From contig JBBFKZ010000023.1 of assembly GCA_037481775.1 (NCBI GenBank), positions 1-25,944 on the forward strand: 25,944 bases of DNA, in the 5' to 3' direction. This document shows, in pieces, positions 23,858 to 25,944 of this stretch. Origin of the DNA: Candidatus Bathyarchaeia archaeon. GTDB taxonomy: Archaea; Thermoproteota; Bathyarchaeia; Bathyarchaeales; Bathycorpusculaceae. Below the pieces are notes generated by a model, which saw only the letters and a program-made list of their open reading frames with translations, ran no database searches and had not been told where the DNA came from. A program made the translations under genes and the position numbers. Every line of letters starts with the position of its first letter. Position 1 is the stretch's first letter.

Positions 23858-25753
23858 CTACTTCAGCCGCTCCTTTAACAACGTGCTGACAACCGCTGGA
23901 TCAGCTTTTCCCCGCACCTCTCGCATGACAGCGCCCATCAGCATTCCGAACGCTTTGGCACCTAACTGATCCACTGACTGACGGTTTTCCGCAATTACCC
24001 TATCAATTAGCGCAGCTAACTCGACTTTGGAAAACATCTTCAGCCCCAACGCAGCCACAGCGTCCCCGCAGCTTTTGCCTTCGTTCCTTGAAAGCCAGAT
24101 GAAAACTTCAGGCACTGCTTCTTTGGCGATTTCGCCTGCTCCAACTGCTCTGAAAATGTCTCTTATCTGATCGTCCGTGACTTTTTCTACTGCGATGCCC
24201 TCGCGCTTCAGCGACTTCACGGTTTCAGTGAGAAATGCTGCGACCGTGGTGGCGGCTACACCTATCTCCCGCACAACAAGCTCGAATAGCAGGCTGTATT
24301 CTGAATCAACAAGCTGCTTAGCAAGCTTCTCGTTCAAACGGTACTCCTTTATTAAACGGCTGATCTTCTTCTCAGCAGGTTCAGGCAAATTCACTCTGAC
24401 ACGCTCGATAAGCTCAGCAGTTAAGGGAACCGGTGGAATATCAGTTTCAGGATACATCCGCGCAGCACCAGGCCTCGGCCGCATATACCGTGTTGTGCCA
24501 TCATCTTTAGCAGTACGGGTTTCCGCTGGCACGCCATCTAAAGCCTCTTGAGCGCGTTCCACAACCGCTTTCAGCGCATCACGCGCGTTCTCAGCATTGT
24601 CCGCCACGAACACCACGGCGTCTTCCTCGCCGGCGCCTGTCGCCTTGCGTAGCGCTGCGACTTCTTCCGCGGTTACACCGTAAGCGGGCATCTCGTCAGT
24701 ATGAAAGATCCCGCCGACTCTACCCCAGAACCGAGCGCGGTCAGCCAGCTCTGTGCCAAAACGAACGTTCGGCATTAGCTCGCGCTTTAGGATGCCGCCG
24801 AAGCGTGGAAACTTAACCGCTAAGACACTGTAGCCTTTATCAAGCGCTTTGCGGATAACCTTACACTGGGTTTGCTTGAAAACCGCAGTTACATCTATAA
24901 ACTGCGCTTGCAAGTCTTCTTTTTTGGCGCCGCGCCTGCTCAGCTCTTCTTTAATGCGTATCAGCTCCAGCTGGCGCTGAACCTCGTATTCCACAACCTT
25001 TGAGATAAGCTCAAGCTCCTGCACGCCCTTTATCTCCATCAACGCGCCATCGGGAAGCGACACGTTAAGGTCTTGGCGTATAGTGCCCAGGCCGCGCATG
25101 GCTTTTCCAGTGTCGCGGAGGATTCGGCCGATGGCAAGCGCGACTTCCTGTGCTTCAGCAGGCGAATAGATAACTGGCGCCGTTGCCACCTCGATGAGCG
25201 GTATGCCCAAGCGGTCGATGCGGTAGCGCATGATTTTTCCTCCGTCTTCCTCGCCTGTTTTCCGCGCGGCGTCCTCCTCCAAGCTTACTGCCTGTATAGG
25301 CACGGTTTTCTCGCCGACCTTGATCCAGCCGTCCATGGCGATGATGCAGGTACGCTGGAACCCTGTGGTGTTTGAGCCGTCGATTACGGTTTTGCGCATG
25401 ACATGCACTTCGTCGATTGGCTGCATGTTCATCATGAGCGCCGCAGTCAAAACGGCTTCGACCGCTTCCATGTTCAGCGGATGCGGCGGCTCCTCATCCA
25501 TCTCCACGAGGCAGCTGGTGGCGCGGTTGGCTTCATACAGGATTTTCACGCCCTTCTGGAACTCAAAAAACGCCGCAGGATCCACTTGGCCCAGTTCGCT
25601 CTGCGTTGGCCGTAGCCGGCGTAGAAAGGTGATTTCTGGCTCCTCTTTGAAGAGCGCAGGCGGGCAGCTGCAGAACAGCTTCTCGCGCGTGTTTAGCTGT
25701 TGGTGAATCTCCAAGCCTACTTTTAGGCCTATCTTGGCGTAGTCAATTTCCAT
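23858..25753 (-). CDS. gatE: Glu-tRNA(Gln) amidotransferase subunit E
   Basis: GLKVGLEIHQQL, KLFC, RKTVIDGSNTTGFQRT, LEEDAAR, RGLGTIRQD, RPGAARMYPETD. ATG 25753 has a GGAG SD. Confidence 0.98.
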   Translation of the reverse strand: MEIDYAKIGLKVGLEIHQQLNTREKLFCSCPPALFKEEPEITFLRRLRPTQSELGQVDPAAFFEFQKGVKILYEANRATSCLVEMDEEPPHPLNMEAVEAVLTAALMMNMQPIDEVHVMRKTVIDGSNTTGFQRTCIIAMDGWIKVGEKTVPIQAVSLEEDAARKTGEEDGGKIMRYRIDRLGIPLIEVATAPVIYSPAEAQEVALAIGRILRDTGKAMRGLGTIRQDLNVSLPDGALMEIKGVQELELISKVVEYEVQRQLELIRIKEELSRRGAKKEDLQAQFIDVTAVFKQTQCKVIRKALDKGYSVLAVKFPRFGGILKRELMPNVRFGTELADRARFWGRVGGIFHTDEMPAYGVTAEEVAALRKATGAGEEDAVVFVADNAENARDALKAVVERAQEALDGVPAETRTAKDDGTTRYMRPRPGAARMYPETDIPPVPLTAELIERVRVNLPEPAEKKISRLIKEYRLNEKLAKQLVDSEYSLLFELVVREIGVAATTVAAFLTETVKSLKREGIAVEKVTDDQIRDIFRAVGAGEIAKEAVPEVFIWLSRNEGKSCGDAVAALGLKMFSKVELAALIDRVIAENRQSVDQLGAKAFGMLMGAVMREVRGKADPAVVSTLLKERLK

Positions 25754-25943
25754 GCGTGTCAACTCCTTGGAAGCCGAATTCCGCGGGCAGGGTTCGCGGA
25801 GAAAACTCGCCTACAAGGTTGGCTTGTAGAAGCTGCTTTGCCTCCGCGGGCTCGCTGGTCTGCCCGAAAATCCACATTAGCTTAACCAGCGCAGTTTCGG
25901 GAAACATGTCTTCAGTGGGCACAACGCCCAGCGCAAGCAGGTC
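25743..25943 (-). CDS. gatD: Glu-tRNA(Gln) amidotransferase subunit D, 3' end (partial)
   Basis: Hand translation DLLALGVVPTEDMFPETALVKLMWIFG...NLVGE...; overlaps the gatE start. Confidence 0.92.
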   Translation of the reverse strand, partial: DLLALGVVPTEDMFPETALVKLMWIFGQTSEPAEAKQLLQANLVGEFSPRTLPAEFGFQGVDTHGN

Positions 25944-25944
25944 G

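Noticed and set aside
24177-25706. Plus-strand ORFs within gatE
   Set aside because: Antisense shadows of a conserved gene.
1-25944. CRISPR array, integrase, transposase, rRNA
   Set aside because: I saw no regularly spaced repeats and no recognisable motifs for these.

Overview
Archaeal chromosomal window of about 26 kb. GatDE, TiaS, an intron-containing tRNA and an A1:U72 tRNA-Gln establish Archaea. A TACK lineage, probably Bathyarchaeia, is my inference from gene content and style. Core genes: gatD 3' end and gatE, tiaS, a PP-loop tRNA thiolase, a stand-alone Lrp/AsnC domain, rubrerythrin, a class II glutamine amidotransferase, and DMT and MFS transporters. Three tRNA genes (Gln-CTG, Arg-TCT with intron, Ala-GGC) lie on the minus strand, each with accessory-looking DNA at its 3' end. 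The best candidate for an undescribed system is 16267..17694, a full-length but catalytically degenerate TyrRS-like (class Ic) fold fused to a C-terminal ArsR-type winged helix. It is a putative 'pseudo-synthetase' one-component regulator, divergent from a small Cys-motif ORF and next to tRNA-Ala. Other candidates: a degenerate KaiC-ATPase/TackOD1 fusion overlapping a processive GT2; a secreted clan-CD-like peptidase paired with a PepSY-like membrane protein; a coupled operon of three related winged-helix proteins; and a decayed virus-like operon at tRNA-Gln. All homology calls are by eye, and no searches were run.
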